Shown here: positions 20,135 through 31,363 of the stretch, one piece after another
How the letters are laid out: each line of letters opens with the position of its first letter
How positions within the stretch are numbered: position 1 is the first letter of the stretch
IMG/VR virus record: IMGVR_UViG_3300025012_000026
Span: 1-64,000 of that record
DNA: 64,000 bases
Reading direction: 5' to 3' (one strand)
Notes under the pieces: generated by a model
The model's database searches: none
What the model was told of the DNA's origin: nothing
Seen by the model: the letters and a program-made list of their open reading frames with translations, nothing else
Translations under genes and position numbers: made by a program

Positions 20135-21325
20135 ATGTTAATTACAAAAGAGGTAGAAGTAACTTGCCTGTCAAACAATAAGAAATACATTGAAAGTTTA
20201 GGTCATAAATGGGAATACAAAAAAGTCATTACAATTAATGTTCATAAATTATTAGATGGTAGTAATGCACCAATCCAATGTTTATGTGATTATTGCTTAG
20301 AAGAAGGAATAGAAACAGTTATATCTAAACCATATTATAAATACACAAATAGTCATAAAAATCAACCTATAATAAAAGATGCGTGTGATAAATGTAAACA
20401 TAAGAAACAAGAAGAATTATGCTTAATTAAAAATGGAGTCAGGTATAGTCCACAGATAAAAGGTGTGGGTAGTAAAATTGCAGTTGCTAAAACTAAATAT
20501 AATATTAATGGAATAGATGAAGAGTTCAAAGAAAGAGACTTAGTATTATTAACTAAAACTTATAAAAATGCAGAATCATATATGGATTTCATTTGCAACA
20601 AACATATAAATAAAGGTGTTCAGTCTATAAAATATGGAAATTTCAAATATAAAGATCAAGATTGTAAATATTGTTCTTGGGACAAATTAAGTAAAGATAA
20701 ACGAAGAGATTTTAGTGAAGTTCAAGATTTATTTAAAGATAAAAAAGTAATTCTTTTATCAAAAGAAGAAGATTATATTAATAATCAATCACCATTGGAA
20801 TATGAATGTCCAATACATAAGGGAATAATCCAATCTAAATCTTATGAATCAATGCTTCATTCTTATGGTTGTAATCTATGTAGTTATGATATGCACAAAG
20901 GAGAAAACAACCCAATGTGGAAGGGTGGTTTCTCTGAAATAAATTCAATTTTAAGAGATTCTATTACAGAATGGAAGAAAGAATCGATGATAGTTTCAAA
21001 TTATAAATGTGTTGTAACAAATAAACGATTTGATGTAATTCATCATTTATATGGATTTGATAAAATATTTGAAGAGATATTCGAGAATTTAAATATCGAA
21101 AAAAGAAGATTTATTAATGAATACTTAGATGAAGAATTAATATTAATGAAAAATGAATGTGGTAGATTACATAAAGTTCATGGAGTAGGTGTTTGCTTAA
21201 CTGGTGGTGTTCATGCTTTATTCCACAAGGTTTTTGGGTATGGTGAGAATAATGTAGAACAATTTAATGAGTTTAAGGAAAATTATATTAGTGGTAAATA
21301 TAAAGATTTAGAAGAAGTTGGTTAA
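20135..21325 (+). CDS. free-standing HNH-type homing endonuclease with zinc fingers
   Basis: ATG 20135; repeated C..H..CxxC units; HHLYGF...CLTGGVHALFH. Confidence 0.75.
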   Translation: MLITKEVEVTCLSNNKKYIESLGHKWEYKKVITINVHKLLDGSNAPIQCLCDYCLEEGIETVISKPYYKYTNSHKNQPIIKDACDKCKHKKQEELCLIKNGVRYSPQIKGVGSKIAVAKTKYNINGIDEEFKERDLVLLTKTYKNAESYMDFICNKHINKGVQSIKYGNFKYKDQDCKYCSWDKLSKDKRRDFSEVQDLFKDKKVILLSKEEDYINNQSPLEYECPIHKGIIQSKSYESMLHSYGCNLCSYDMHKGENNPMWKGGFSEINSILRDSITEWKKESMIVSNYKCVVTNKRFDVIHHLYGFDKIFEEIFENLNIEKRRFINEYLDEELILMKNECGRLHKVHGVGVCLTGGVHALFHKVFGYGENNVEQFNEFKENYISGKYKDLEEVG

Positions 21326-21363
21326 AGACTTCTTCTAAATTTAATTAAAAAGAGGTGAGACCT

Positions 21364-22320
21364 ATTCCAAGAGTTGGAAAAACAGTGAAAGAACCTAAAT
21401 TAAATATTCCAGATAAAATATATTGTAGGATGTGTGAGGATTATAAAGCACCTTCTGCATTTTATGAATGTACTAACCCCATGTTAGATAAGAATGGTTA
21501 TATGTCAGTGTGCCGTGATCATTGCAATGAGATTTTTGACAACTATTTTTCTATACATAATAGTTTAGAAATTGCTTTAAAGTTGACTTGTCAAGATTTA
21601 GATGTTAGATATAGTGAAGATGCTTTAAAATCTGCAAAAACACATATGGAAAGTATAATGACAAAGGGTAAAAATGCAAATAAGGTTTTCGGGTACTATA
21701 AAAGTAAGTTAAGTTCAACAAACAAAAGCAATGAAAAAATGGAATCTTTTAGATATAAAGATAGTAATTTTCTAAGACAAGAAAATTTCGATATTGAAAA
21801 TGAAGATGTTGATGACGACCTTATTCTATTTTGGGGAAAAAGTTTTAATATAGATGATTATATATTCTTAGAAGCTGAATTATCTGCGTGGAAAGAAACC
21901 CATAAATGTGACAATCAAGCTGAAATAACTTTATTAAGAGAAATATGTATTAAAATACTTGAAATTAGACAAGCAAGAGATAAGGGTGATGGCGTTGGAG
22001 GTCTTCAAAAAGAATTACAAGACTTGTTAAAAACAGCATCTCTCGACCCTGCAAAAGCCAATGCAGCGAGTGCAGGGAAATCTCATGATTGTTTTGGTAA
22101 GTGGGTTAAAGATATTGAACAATTTAAACCTGCTGAGTGGTTTGAAGATCAAGAAAAATATAAAGATATGGATGGTTTTATACCTTATATTAAAAATTAT
22201 ATAGTTAGGCCAATTGAAAATTTTATAACAGGAGTTAGAAATTTCGTTGTTGATGATAATATTGATGCTGATTTAGACAGTGTGGATGTCGGAAATAATG
22301 ATGGTGATTATAATGGGTAG
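21364..22320 (+). CDS. YonG-like protein (terminase small subunit candidate)
   Basis: Immediately before terL; N-terminal CxxC; GAGGTG is the RBS, so the start is probably ATT 21364. Confidence 0.65.
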   Translation: MPRVGKTVKEPKLNIPDKIYCRMCEDYKAPSAFYECTNPMLDKNGYMSVCRDHCNEIFDNYFSIHNSLEIALKLTCQDLDVRYSEDALKSAKTHMESIMTKGKNANKVFGYYKSKLSSTNKSNEKMESFRYKDSNFLRQENFDIENEDVDDDLILFWGKSFNIDDYIFLEAELSAWKETHKCDNQAEITLLREICIKILEIRQARDKGDGVGGLQKELQDLLKTASLDPAKANAASAGKSHDCFGKWVKDIEQFKPAEWFEDQEKYKDMDGFIPYIKNYIVRPIENFITGVRNFVVDDNIDADLDSVDVGNNDGDYNG

Positions 22321-24121
22321 ATCATACAGTAAATTTGAAAATAATTTTAGCAAATATGCTGGTCATAGCGATCAATCTAAGGCACCAAAAACAATGATCA
22401 AAGACAAAGAAATAAGTGAACAGCGACAAGATAATTTAATAGACTGGACAACATTTTATCGTAGAAATATACATCGCTTCATACAACATTATTTTGGAGT
22501 TCAGCTTTATTGGTATCAAGTTTTATGGATTTATTTTATGAGTATTTCTGAGAATTTTGTTACAATCGCATCGAGGGCAGCAGCAAAAAGTTGGTTGATC
22601 GCTGTATTGGCCTATGCTCGCGGAGTGCTCTACGCGAATTCTGAAATTGTAATTGTAGCAACAACTTTAAAACAGGCAGCTATTATTTTTGGGAAAATGG
22701 CAAGATTGAAGGATGATTATCCTAATATAGCAAGAGAAATTAAAACTTTTTCAGATACTCAAAATAATTGTAATTGTACACTACATAATGGCACAACCAT
22801 TAAAATTGTTGCATGTTCTGAATCTGGACGAGGGGAACGTTCAACATTTACAATAGGTGAAGAATTTCGAATTATGGATAAGAATAAGTTTGACTCAATT
22901 GTAAAACCTTTTGCATATGCAAGGCAAACTCCATACTTAAAAGATCCTAAATATTCAAGTATAAAAGTTCTAATAGAAGAACCAAGGCAAATTCTTATAT
23001 CTTCTGCTTATCACAAAGGATTGTGGTGGTATAAAGAAACACTAACTACTATAAAAATGATGTTACAAGGCAAAGACTCTGGATTTATTGCTTTTGATTA
23101 CTTAATTGCAATAAAGCATAATATTAAAACTTTAAAAGTAATAGCAAGAGATAGGGCTACTATGGATTCAATTACTTTTTTAGAAGAATATGAGAATATA
23201 CCTTGGGGAGAAAATAGTAACGCTTATTTTAAGTTAGAAATGTTTCAAAAAAACAGGAATTTGAAGAAAGCTTTCTATCCTTTAAGAAATGACATGCTTG
23301 ATAAGAAAAAAAATCCTAACGACATCAAACGTGTAGAAGGAGAAATAAGAATTGTTTCGGCTGATATTGCAACTAGAAAAAATGAAAAAAATGACAATAC
23401 TATAATAAGTTGTATTAGAGCGATACCAACTGCAAAAGGTTATGAAAGAGAATTTGTTTATCAGGAGGCACATCAAGGGGAACATACTGGAAAACAAGCA
23501 TTAAGAATTAAGCAAATTTATCATGATTTTGAAGCTGATTACATAGTATTAGACTTACAACAAGCAGGAATTGCAGTTTTTGAAAGACTAGCTGTGCTTA
23601 CTAAAGATGAAGAAAGAGGAATAGAATATGAAGCTTTTACAGTTTTTGACCATAAGTCATTAGACAAAAAGTTAATTGAAGAATTGCAAGAAAAAACTTT
23701 GGGTTTAAATGCAAAACCAGTAATTTATCCAATAATGGCAAATTCTAAATTAAATAATGATATAGCTGTTGATTTTAGAGATAAATTACAAAGAAGTATG
23801 TGTAGTTTTCTTATAGATGATAATGATGCAGAAGTATATTTAACGAAACACAATAAAGAATATGCAAATAATAATGGAAAAGATGTAAATATTAATATAT
23901 GGTTCGTTAAACCATATATTGAAACACAACTGTTAATTAATGAATCAGTAAATCTAGAATACTCTTTTAATGGTGGTAACATAAAATTAGATACTGTTGG
24001 GACTGCTAGGCGTGATAGATATACGTCAAATTCATATGGAAATTATTTTATATCATTATTAGAATTAGATTTATTAAAAAATACTAATGATGACTACGAT
24101 TTTGTATTTTCATACTCATAA
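22313..24121 (+). CDS. terL: terminase large subunit (YonF-like)
   Basis: IASRAAAKS Walker A variant, IGEEF Walker B, VSADIA nuclease motif, RRDRYTS. Confidence 0.9.
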   Translation: MGRSYSKFENNFSKYAGHSDQSKAPKTMIKDKEISEQRQDNLIDWTTFYRRNIHRFIQHYFGVQLYWYQVLWIYFMSISENFVTIASRAAAKSWLIAVLAYARGVLYANSEIVIVATTLKQAAIIFGKMARLKDDYPNIAREIKTFSDTQNNCNCTLHNGTTIKIVACSESGRGERSTFTIGEEFRIMDKNKFDSIVKPFAYARQTPYLKDPKYSSIKVLIEEPRQILISSAYHKGLWWYKETLTTIKMMLQGKDSGFIAFDYLIAIKHNIKTLKVIARDRATMDSITFLEEYENIPWGENSNAYFKLEMFQKNRNLKKAFYPLRNDMLDKKKNPNDIKRVEGEIRIVSADIATRKNEKNDNTIISCIRAIPTAKGYEREFVYQEAHQGEHTGKQALRIKQIYHDFEADYIVLDLQQAGIAVFERLAVLTKDEERGIEYEAFTVFDHKSLDKKLIEELQEKTLGLNAKPVIYPIMANSKLNNDIAVDFRDKLQRSMCSFLIDDNDAEVYLTKHNKEYANNNGKDVNINIWFVKPYIETQLLINESVNLEYSFNGGNIKLDTVGTARRDRYTSNSYGNYFISLLELDLLKNTNDDYDFVFSYS

Positions 24122-24153
24122 CAAATCCCTAAAGAAAGGAGGAATAACTTCTC

Positions 24154-25779
24154 TTGACAAAAAACAATACACCTCAAATAGAAACATCCACCTCCCCTCA
24201 ATTCTCAACATCAAATGAAATTGAATTAAACTCATTATCGTATAATTCATATTCATTTTCAACAGGAAGATTAGATACTGATAATATACCAATGAGCGAT
24301 TTAAAACAATATGTCAAATATCCAATGATATATAATGAAATATTGAGAACTATATCAAGGCAGTCCTACGGATTAAATGGTATATATGGTCAGAGTATCG
24401 ACAAAATGGTAGCTCTTCCGACATTATCTTACATAACTACATTACGCAACAAAACACCACAAATGAAAGATAAAAAAAACAAATTTAACACAATACTTAA
24501 AATATTGAATATTGATAGAACTACTAGAGATATTTTAAGACATCTATTTATCGACGGGCAATATATCGGGATCTTGAGGGATTCTACGGCAAGTAATAAA
24601 AATTTAGATACTGGTTCAATGGTAATAGAATCTATTGACAGATTAGAAGGATTGTCATTAGATGATAATTTTATGATTCAACCTTTAGATTTAGATTATT
24701 GTAAAATAGTTGGATTTCAAAACAATATATCCATTGCTGCATTTGATATGATGTACTTTGATCAATTTAAATACGGAGGATTACTTAATGAAATTAAAAA
24801 TTATCCTCGTGATTTTGTAAAAGCGTATATGAATTATAAGAAAGATTGTAGTAAAAGATGGTTTATTCTTGATTATAGAAAAACTATTGCATTAAAAGCG
24901 AAAGCTAATGAAATTGATGCATATGGGATTCCTTTTGGCATCTCGGCTTTTGTTGATATGAAAGCAAGTGATGACTATAACGATAGTCAATATCAATTAA
25001 TTAGTGAATTAGCAAGCAGTATATACTACCTTGTCTTACCTAGTGGGGAAAAAACTGGGTCTTGCTCATTAAATTCAACTCAGCAAAAAGAAGTTATCGA
25101 AGCATTTAAAGGTGCTGTAAAAGTTAATACTAGTGGAAATATTTCTAGGATTTCAACACTTAGTCTTGCTCCTGGTACAACAATTAATAGACTAGCTAAA
25201 GATGCGTCGTTAATTACGGATACTTTGAGCGACGAAAATATAAAGAAGATATCGACTAATTTAGGTATTGCTAGTTCTGCTTTAAATGCTGAAAGTAATA
25301 GTGCTAATTTGGGAAGTTTACAAATTAATTTAGACTTGATTTCTGCACAAGTGTTTCAGCATATTAATGAAATAGCAAGGGAAGAAACTAGAGTAATTAA
25401 TGAAAACTTAGGTATTACACCTTTTAGCTATATTGATATAAAGTTCCTTCCAATTACATGGTTAAATAAGAAGGATGTTTATGAAAAAGCAAAAGACCTA
25501 TACTTAACTGCAGGGGGAAGCAGGATATTTTATATTGCTGCAGCCGGATTTGATCCAGTAGATTATCTTGGAATTTGTGATCAAGAAATTGAGGATGGTT
25601 ACGATGAGCAGTATGCTCCCCATATAACCTCGTTTACAGCTACAGACAGTGCTGATACATCTAATCCAGACAGTAATTTGGGTGGAAGGCCACCGAAAGA
25701 CACTTCAGAGTTAAAAGAATCAGGATTAACCACGAAAAATTTAAAGAGTAATGAACAGAGAGTTAAGAATAAAAAATAA
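24154..25779 (+). CDS. portal protein (YonE-like)
   Basis: Follows terL; 541 aa; YGIPFGISA; C-terminal GGRP. Confidence 0.8.
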   Translation: MTKNNTPQIETSTSPQFSTSNEIELNSLSYNSYSFSTGRLDTDNIPMSDLKQYVKYPMIYNEILRTISRQSYGLNGIYGQSIDKMVALPTLSYITTLRNKTPQMKDKKNKFNTILKILNIDRTTRDILRHLFIDGQYIGILRDSTASNKNLDTGSMVIESIDRLEGLSLDDNFMIQPLDLDYCKIVGFQNNISIAAFDMMYFDQFKYGGLLNEIKNYPRDFVKAYMNYKKDCSKRWFILDYRKTIALKAKANEIDAYGIPFGISAFVDMKASDDYNDSQYQLISELASSIYYLVLPSGEKTGSCSLNSTQQKEVIEAFKGAVKVNTSGNISRISTLSLAPGTTINRLAKDASLITDTLSDENIKKISTNLGIASSALNAESNSANLGSLQINLDLISAQVFQHINEIAREETRVINENLGITPFSYIDIKFLPITWLNKKDVYEKAKDLYLTAGGSRIFYIAAAGFDPVDYLGICDQEIEDGYDEQYAPHITSFTATDSADTSNPDSNLGGRPPKDTSELKESGLTTKNLKSNEQRVKNKK

Positions 25780-25904
25780 TATTGTAATTTTTAATAAGAG
25801 ATAGGTTGGGCTTGCAATCCAACTGATAAGGCTAGTTCCTTTCACTAGCCTTCTTTTATTTGTTTAATTTTAAGAAAGGATTCTCATTAGAAAGGAATGA
25901 TAAA

Positions 25905-26822
25905 ATGGATAAAAATTTTATAGAAATTACTAATTTTTGTAGTAGTAGAATAATTGATATAAGCATACGAGAATGTGGAATATATGCACTGTATAATATT
26001 GAAAATGGAAAGATTTATGTTGGTAGTAGTATAGACATGTACACTAGAACGAGAAGACATCTTTCTGATTTAAAAAATGGAAAACATTATAATAGATATT
26101 TAATTAGAGCATATAAAAAATATGGAAATTCAATAATACCTGTTGTTTTAGAAATTGTAAAAAATAGAGAAAGTCTAATTGAACGTGAACAATACTGGAT
26201 TGATCATTTTGAAAGTTACAATAATAAGGTTGGGTATAATATTTGTATTATTGCAGATAGATTAACTGGTATTTTTAGAACTGATGAAGAAAAGAAACAT
26301 TTAAGTATTATAAATACTGGCAGAAAACTTACAGAAGAGACTAAACAAAAAATAAGTGAATCTAGAAAAGGAATTCAATATTCAGCAGAAACATTAAAAA
26401 GGATGAGTGATTCACATATTGGCAAAAATTTATCTGAAAGTGCAAAAGAAAAGTTAAGAAACAATATAAATATAATTCCAATATATCAATACAGTTTAGA
26501 GGGAGAATTTATACAAAAATGGAAAAGTTCTGCTGAAGCATCAAGAACTAGTGGATTTGAATCATCTTCTATAACAAAATGTTGTAGAGGGAAATTATAT
26601 AAGCATAAGGGATTTATTTGGAAATATGAATATTTTGAAAAATTAGAACTAAAATTTAAAAAGATTATTCAAAAAGACTTAAATAATAAAATAATAAAAA
26701 TATGGGATTCTATGAGTGATGTTTGTAAAACTTTAGCATTTAGTTCTAGTGCTATATGCCAATGTTGTTTGGGTCATTGGGAAAAATATAAAAATTTTAA
26801 ATGGGAATATATGTTTTGTTAA
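25905..26822 (+). CDS. free-standing GIY-YIG homing endonuclease (NUMOD3/NUMOD1)
   Basis: CGIYALYN...IYVGSS, EREQYWID, TEETKQKISES repeats, IYQYSLEG NUMOD1-like. Confidence 0.88.
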   Translation: MDKNFIEITNFCSSRIIDISIRECGIYALYNIENGKIYVGSSIDMYTRTRRHLSDLKNGKHYNRYLIRAYKKYGNSIIPVVLEIVKNRESLIEREQYWIDHFESYNNKVGYNICIIADRLTGIFRTDEEKKHLSIINTGRKLTEETKQKISESRKGIQYSAETLKRMSDSHIGKNLSESAKEKLRNNINIIPIYQYSLEGEFIQKWKSSAEASRTSGFESSSITKCCRGKLYKHKGFIWKYEYFEKLELKFKKIIQKDLNNKIIKIWDSMSDVCKTLAFSSSAICQCCLGHWEKYKNFKWEYMFC

Positions 26823-26872
26823 ACTATTTTAAATTAAATAATAACAACAAATATTAAAAAGGAGGGCATATA

Positions 26873-27595
26873 ATGCCAAATACAAACACAAGCAACAAAA
26901 ATAAGAAAGTGCATAGCGTTTTCTTAGGAAGAAAAATCAGAGAGTTCTACAAATTAAATGACAATGGTTATTCCAATGCATATTTAAGCACAGAAAAAGA
27001 AACATTGGAAAGAGTAGAGTTACTAGAGGTAGAATTAGACTATGAATTAAAAATAGGTGATGAAATTTTCTTACATGAATATGAAGTTTATGCAAAAGTT
27101 CAAAAAGTAACAAATGGAACAGATAGTAAGGTCTATTATAATCTATCTTATGTTGTTGAAGAAATTGATGATAAAGAAGATACTTATAAGGAACTTATTG
27201 ACCAATATAATAGTCTTAAAGAAAAATATGATACTGAAAAAGAAAAACAAAATAAAGAATTGGCAGAAAAGAATAATAAAATAAAAGAACAATCAGAAAA
27301 AGAGGAAGTTGAATTTAAAAGAGTTCAAAATGAAAGAATTGAATGGCAAAAAGATAATTTTGATAAACTAAAGGGAATTGTATGTAACAAACTTCCTATG
27401 AGAAAAGATTCTGATTCTCTTCTTTTTAATAAAGTTCAGCAAATAAATATCACAAAGTATTTATTAGACACTATTCCAAAGGAGTATATATTGATTAATC
27501 TTCCTACTGACATTATCTATATGCCATTTAATAATGACTTTAAACCATTAGAAATTAAAGAAGTCCAAGAATATTTATCTGATTTAGAGCAATAA
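26873..27595 (+). CDS. hypothetical protein with coiled coil
   Basis: AAGGAG RBS, 240 aa. Confidence 0.65.
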   Translation: MPNTNTSNKNKKVHSVFLGRKIREFYKLNDNGYSNAYLSTEKETLERVELLEVELDYELKIGDEIFLHEYEVYAKVQKVTNGTDSKVYYNLSYVVEEIDDKEDTYKELIDQYNSLKEKYDTEKEKQNKELAEKNNKIKEQSEKEEVEFKRVQNERIEWQKDNFDKLKGIVCNKLPMRKDSDSLLFNKVQQINITKYLLDTIPKEYILINLPTDIIYMPFNNDFKPLEIKEVQEYLSDLEQ

Positions 27596-27632
27596 ATAGT
27601 TTAATTATAATATTTGAAAGGAGGTGAGGAAA

Positions 27633-29213
27633 ACGAAAAATAGTGTAATAGAAATATCTAAAAAGACATCGAAAGCAGGACGCACTCCCATCAAACTCAT
27701 TCTTCACAAAATTCACAAGGATTCTGCTGAATATAATGGAAATGGCATCCATTGGGAAAAAGAATATATTGAAAATAATATTGAATCAGTAAAAAATATG
27801 CCTCTTGTTGCCCAATTTATGGACAGTGAAAATACAATTCCTTTTGGAAGTCATGGTGATATGATAGTCGAAGAAAATAGAGTCATTTTTGAAGATAGTC
27901 TTGTTGTTGGAACGTTTGAAAGTGCATACATAGCTGAAAATATAGAAGTCAATAATGAAATAATCGATGCTTTAGTCGGTGTTGGATACGTATATGATCA
28001 AAGATTTCCAGAATTAATTGATTATTTACAAGAAGAGTATGACAGTGGCAATTCAGTAGAAGGTTCAATTGAAATTTGTGCAGATAAATCTTTAGGAAAT
28101 AAGAAAATAATTTATGAAGGGGGATGGAAAGAGAAAAATAGAATCCCAAAATTATTTCAATATTCTGGTCATGCTCTTGTAATAGGAGAGGTTCCTGCTG
28201 ATAAATCTGCTCTCATGCTAGAGTTGAATACACTTAAAAAAAAAGAGGTGAATATATTGCCAGACGACAATTCTATTATTGACAATAAAGATAAAACAAT
28301 AATTGAAATAAATGCAATGAATTATAATGATATTTCTATGATTGTTGAAAGTAAATTCAATAAAAAACAAAATATAGATGAATCAAATTATTCTTATTAT
28401 TATGTTCATAAATTTTATCCAACTATATCAACATTCATAATGAAATGTTGGGATAAAACAGGAGAATATTGTCAAATTACTTACACAATTGAAAATGGTG
28501 AGGTAAAACTTGGTGAAACTATTAAAGTCGAGGAAGATTGGAAACCTCTAAATGGTGAAGAATCTGTCGAAGTTAATACACCAGTTAAAAATATATTAAA
28601 TAATCAAATAAAGGAGGAAAGAAATAGAATGGATGAGAAAATCGTATTAGAACTCAATCAAAAAATCGAAGATAAAATCAATGAAATTAATACGTTGAAT
28701 AAATCTTTAGAGGAAAAATCAACAGAAATTAATACTTTAACTAAATCTTTGGAAGAAAAACAAATAGAAGTTAATAGCTTAACAGAAAAAAATCAAGAAT
28801 TAGATGGCAAAGTAAATGAGGCGAATACTACAATTGTAGAGGTTAATAAATTACTTGAATCTGAAAAAGCAGAAAAAGAATCTCTTACTGTCGAAGTAAA
28901 TTCTTTCAGAGAAGAAAAAATTAAAGCAGATTCAGAAGCAAAAATTGCAGAAGTAAATGCATATTTTGAAACAGAAATTACGAAAAATGGTTTTGAAGAA
29001 AGCGAAGTTAATTCACTTAAAACCTTTGTAGAAGCAATTGATTTAGAAGGACTAAAGAAAGCAGAAGCAGAATTATGTGCAAAGAAATTTAAAGAAATGA
29101 TTGCATCTCAAGATACCTCTGTTGAAACTAATACTAAGAATGATATGTTTATTTCTATTAAAGAAAAAGAAATGAAAAAGGTTCCTAGTAGTATCCCATC
29201 TTTCTTTAACTAA
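27633..29213 (+). CDS. prohead protease/scaffold (YonD-like)
   Basis: Position before decoration and capsid genes; GSIEI, YSGHAL; C-terminal heptad coiled coil; AGGAGGTG RBS points to ACG 27633. Confidence 0.75.
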   Translation, partial: TKNSVIEISKKTSKAGRTPIKLILHKIHKDSAEYNGNGIHWEKEYIENNIESVKNMPLVAQFMDSENTIPFGSHGDMIVEENRVIFEDSLVVGTFESAYIAENIEVNNEIIDALVGVGYVYDQRFPELIDYLQEEYDSGNSVEGSIEICADKSLGNKKIIYEGGWKEKNRIPKLFQYSGHALVIGEVPADKSALMLELNTLKKKEVNILPDDNSIIDNKDKTIIEINAMNYNDISMIVESKFNKKQNIDESNYSYYYVHKFYPTISTFIMKCWDKTGEYCQITYTIENGEVKLGETIKVEEDWKPLNGEESVEVNTPVKNILNNQIKEERNRMDEKIVLELNQKIEDKINEINTLNKSLEEKSTEINTLTKSLEEKQIEVNSLTEKNQELDGKVNEANTTIVEVNKLLESEKAEKESLTVEVNSFREEKIKADSEAKIAEVNAYFETEITKNGFEESEVNSLKTFVEAIDLEGLKKAEAELCAKKFKEMIASQDTSVETNTKNDMFISIKEKEMKKVPSSIPSFFN

Positions 29214-29319
29214 GTTTTAGAAAGTAAAGATAAATATATAATTAATTTTAACAATGAGTAATAGTTAAATAGTAGTGGTTAATTAATAACAAAAATAAAA
29301 AGAAATGAGGTAATTAATA

Positions 29320-29841
29320 ATGAGTTTATTTAAATTCCATGATTCAAATTTTCTTAACGTATCCAACAAACCTAATGTAAAGGCAATTGCAGATACATAT
29401 AATGGTTATCAGTTCAATGTTACATCTGATGTTCAGGTATTAGTTCCAGATTTAGCTACAGCAAAATTAGGTGATATTTATGTTATGCGTAATATCATTG
29501 ACAAACCAGAAATTATTAACACTGATTCCTATAAAATTGTTGCAAATGAGTATATTCGTGCTTTTAGACTTAAAGACATGGTAGGACTTCAACTTGATAT
29601 GTCTGCTGATTTGCTTACAGATGCTTTTGCTGACGTTGCTGTTGGTGCTTTGGTCATTGGTCGCTCTGTAGCAGATACTACCAATCCAATGAAGTGGACT
29701 AAAACTGCTGATGTTTCTGCATATGAAATTTATCTTAAAGTAATCAAGAAAACTACTTTTGGTGCATTTACAATTGATGCAGGTGGTGGAACTGTTGCTG
29801 GTGGTTATGTTGTAGAAGTAATGGCAAACGATAATCTGTAA
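29320..29841 (+). CDS. capsid decoration protein (YonC-like)
   Basis: Between scaffold and capsid genes; small beta-rich protein. Confidence 0.6.
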   Translation: MSLFKFHDSNFLNVSNKPNVKAIADTYNGYQFNVTSDVQVLVPDLATAKLGDIYVMRNIIDKPEIINTDSYKIVANEYIRAFRLKDMVGLQLDMSADLLTDAFADVAVGALVIGRSVADTTNPMKWTKTADVSAYEIYLKVIKKTTFGAFTIDAGGGTVAGGYVVEVMANDNL

Positions 29842-29967
29842 GTTATGAGATTATAGATTATTGTATGTAATTTTTGTAAGTAATATATAATATTTTTTAA
29901 TTAATGTCAAATAGTAAAATTATAAAATAATATTAATAATTAATAAGAAAGAAAAGAGGTATTAACA

Positions 29968-30989
29968 ATGAGTTTTGGAATAGATTTTACAAAATTACAA
30001 GAGAATGCAGAACAAGTTGAGATTAATAAGATTGTAAAGAATAAGTTGGCGAACGCATCACGTCTAAGTGAAGACGTAGAGATTTTTACAAATATTGTTT
30101 ATGGTAAAGATGTATCTAAATATGGTAAAAAAGTTGATACAGTGATGGATAAAATTAAAACTTTAGCTGGAATGGCTAATGATGGTAATACTCAGGCTAA
30201 AGCTGAGTTGAATGCTATTCGTACTATTACTATTCAGCAACCTTTGGAAAAGAGATTAGCTATTAATAGTGCTATGGGGAATGTAACAAAGGTATTGGCA
30301 AACGAGGAACTGAGGTATTCCGTTGCCCAATTACAAGGAGAGAAATCAAGAGTTCAAGCCAATTCTGGTTCTTTTGTATTCCCAACTGTTAAGAAAAGAA
30401 CTGGAACTATGACTGTTCAAAATGCAACAGGTGGTTTGATTATCGATCCAAGAGAATTAATGTCTGGTGATACAGATACGATGGCTTATGCTAATGAACA
30501 AGTATTGACTTCTATTATTAACCAAATGGTTCTTTCTCATATCAATGCTTTAAGAAGTGCTATTACTGCTGCCACCACATTGAAAAACTACAGCGAGGGG
30601 ATTACTAAGACTAATGTCGAAAATACAAGAAAATTAGCGAGACGTTTTGGTTCTTCTGTTACAATTATGGGAGACTATAGTGCAGTTAATAAGTTAAGTG
30701 ATCTTGCTAATTTTAGTGTTGTTGCTGCTGGAACAGAATTTAGATTCCCAGACTCAGTGATGGAAGAAGTAATGAAGACTGGTCTTCTTAAAGTATATAA
30801 AGGAAGTCTCGTCATAGAAATGCCTAATAGCTATAATATGATTGATCTTAATACCGCTGGAGATTTCTATGCTCCTCAATTACCTACAACTGATTTGTGG
30901 TTCTTACCACAAGGCCAAGTTAGTCCCCTTCAGATCGGAATTCAGGGTGGTTTGACTAGTATGACAGCCACAGACATTAATTTAAGGGT
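29968..30989 (+). CDS. major capsid protein (YonB-like), exon 1
   Basis: Position; AELNAIR, ARRFGSSVTIMGDY, GGLTSMTATDINLR. Confidence 0.8.
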
Positions 30990-31363
30990 AACTTTAGCCC
31001 CGTATGTACAGAAATGCGCATAGGACACTTCCTTAATTGCAGGTAATTCCTAAAGCTCTCATGCCACAACATAAGGATGAAATATGCCTAAGTGTGACGG
31101 AACGAAAGTAGAAAAAAGTTGAGAGATGGCATAAGGTTAAATCTTAAGTGCTTTTACAATGGATGTTCATTGCAGGTAAGACTCGAATAGAGTAAACTTC
31201 AACGACTATGGCTGAAATGCCAGTACACTCAAGCGAGTGGAAAATGGAAGCCCTTAACAGATAATGCTGAAGGTGAAGAAATAGTCTATTCTCATATGAA
31301 AGTATGAGCAGTTATAAACGATATAGAAGTTGCGATTCTATATGAATATAAATTTATAAAAAG
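30990..31363 (+). ncRNA. group I intron (~374 nt, no ORF) in the major capsid gene
   Basis: P1 GGGT/GCCC with U.G; TTAATTGCAGG; P7 GACTAT 31204-31209 with ATAGTC 31281-31286; exact junction ambiguous by 1 nt. Confidence 0.85.

Noticed and set aside
25796-25860. Leader motif resembling a type III hammerhead (AUA, stem, CUGAUAAG, stem)
   Set aside because: G8 and the G12-A13-A14 strand are missing; kept only as an unknown structured motif
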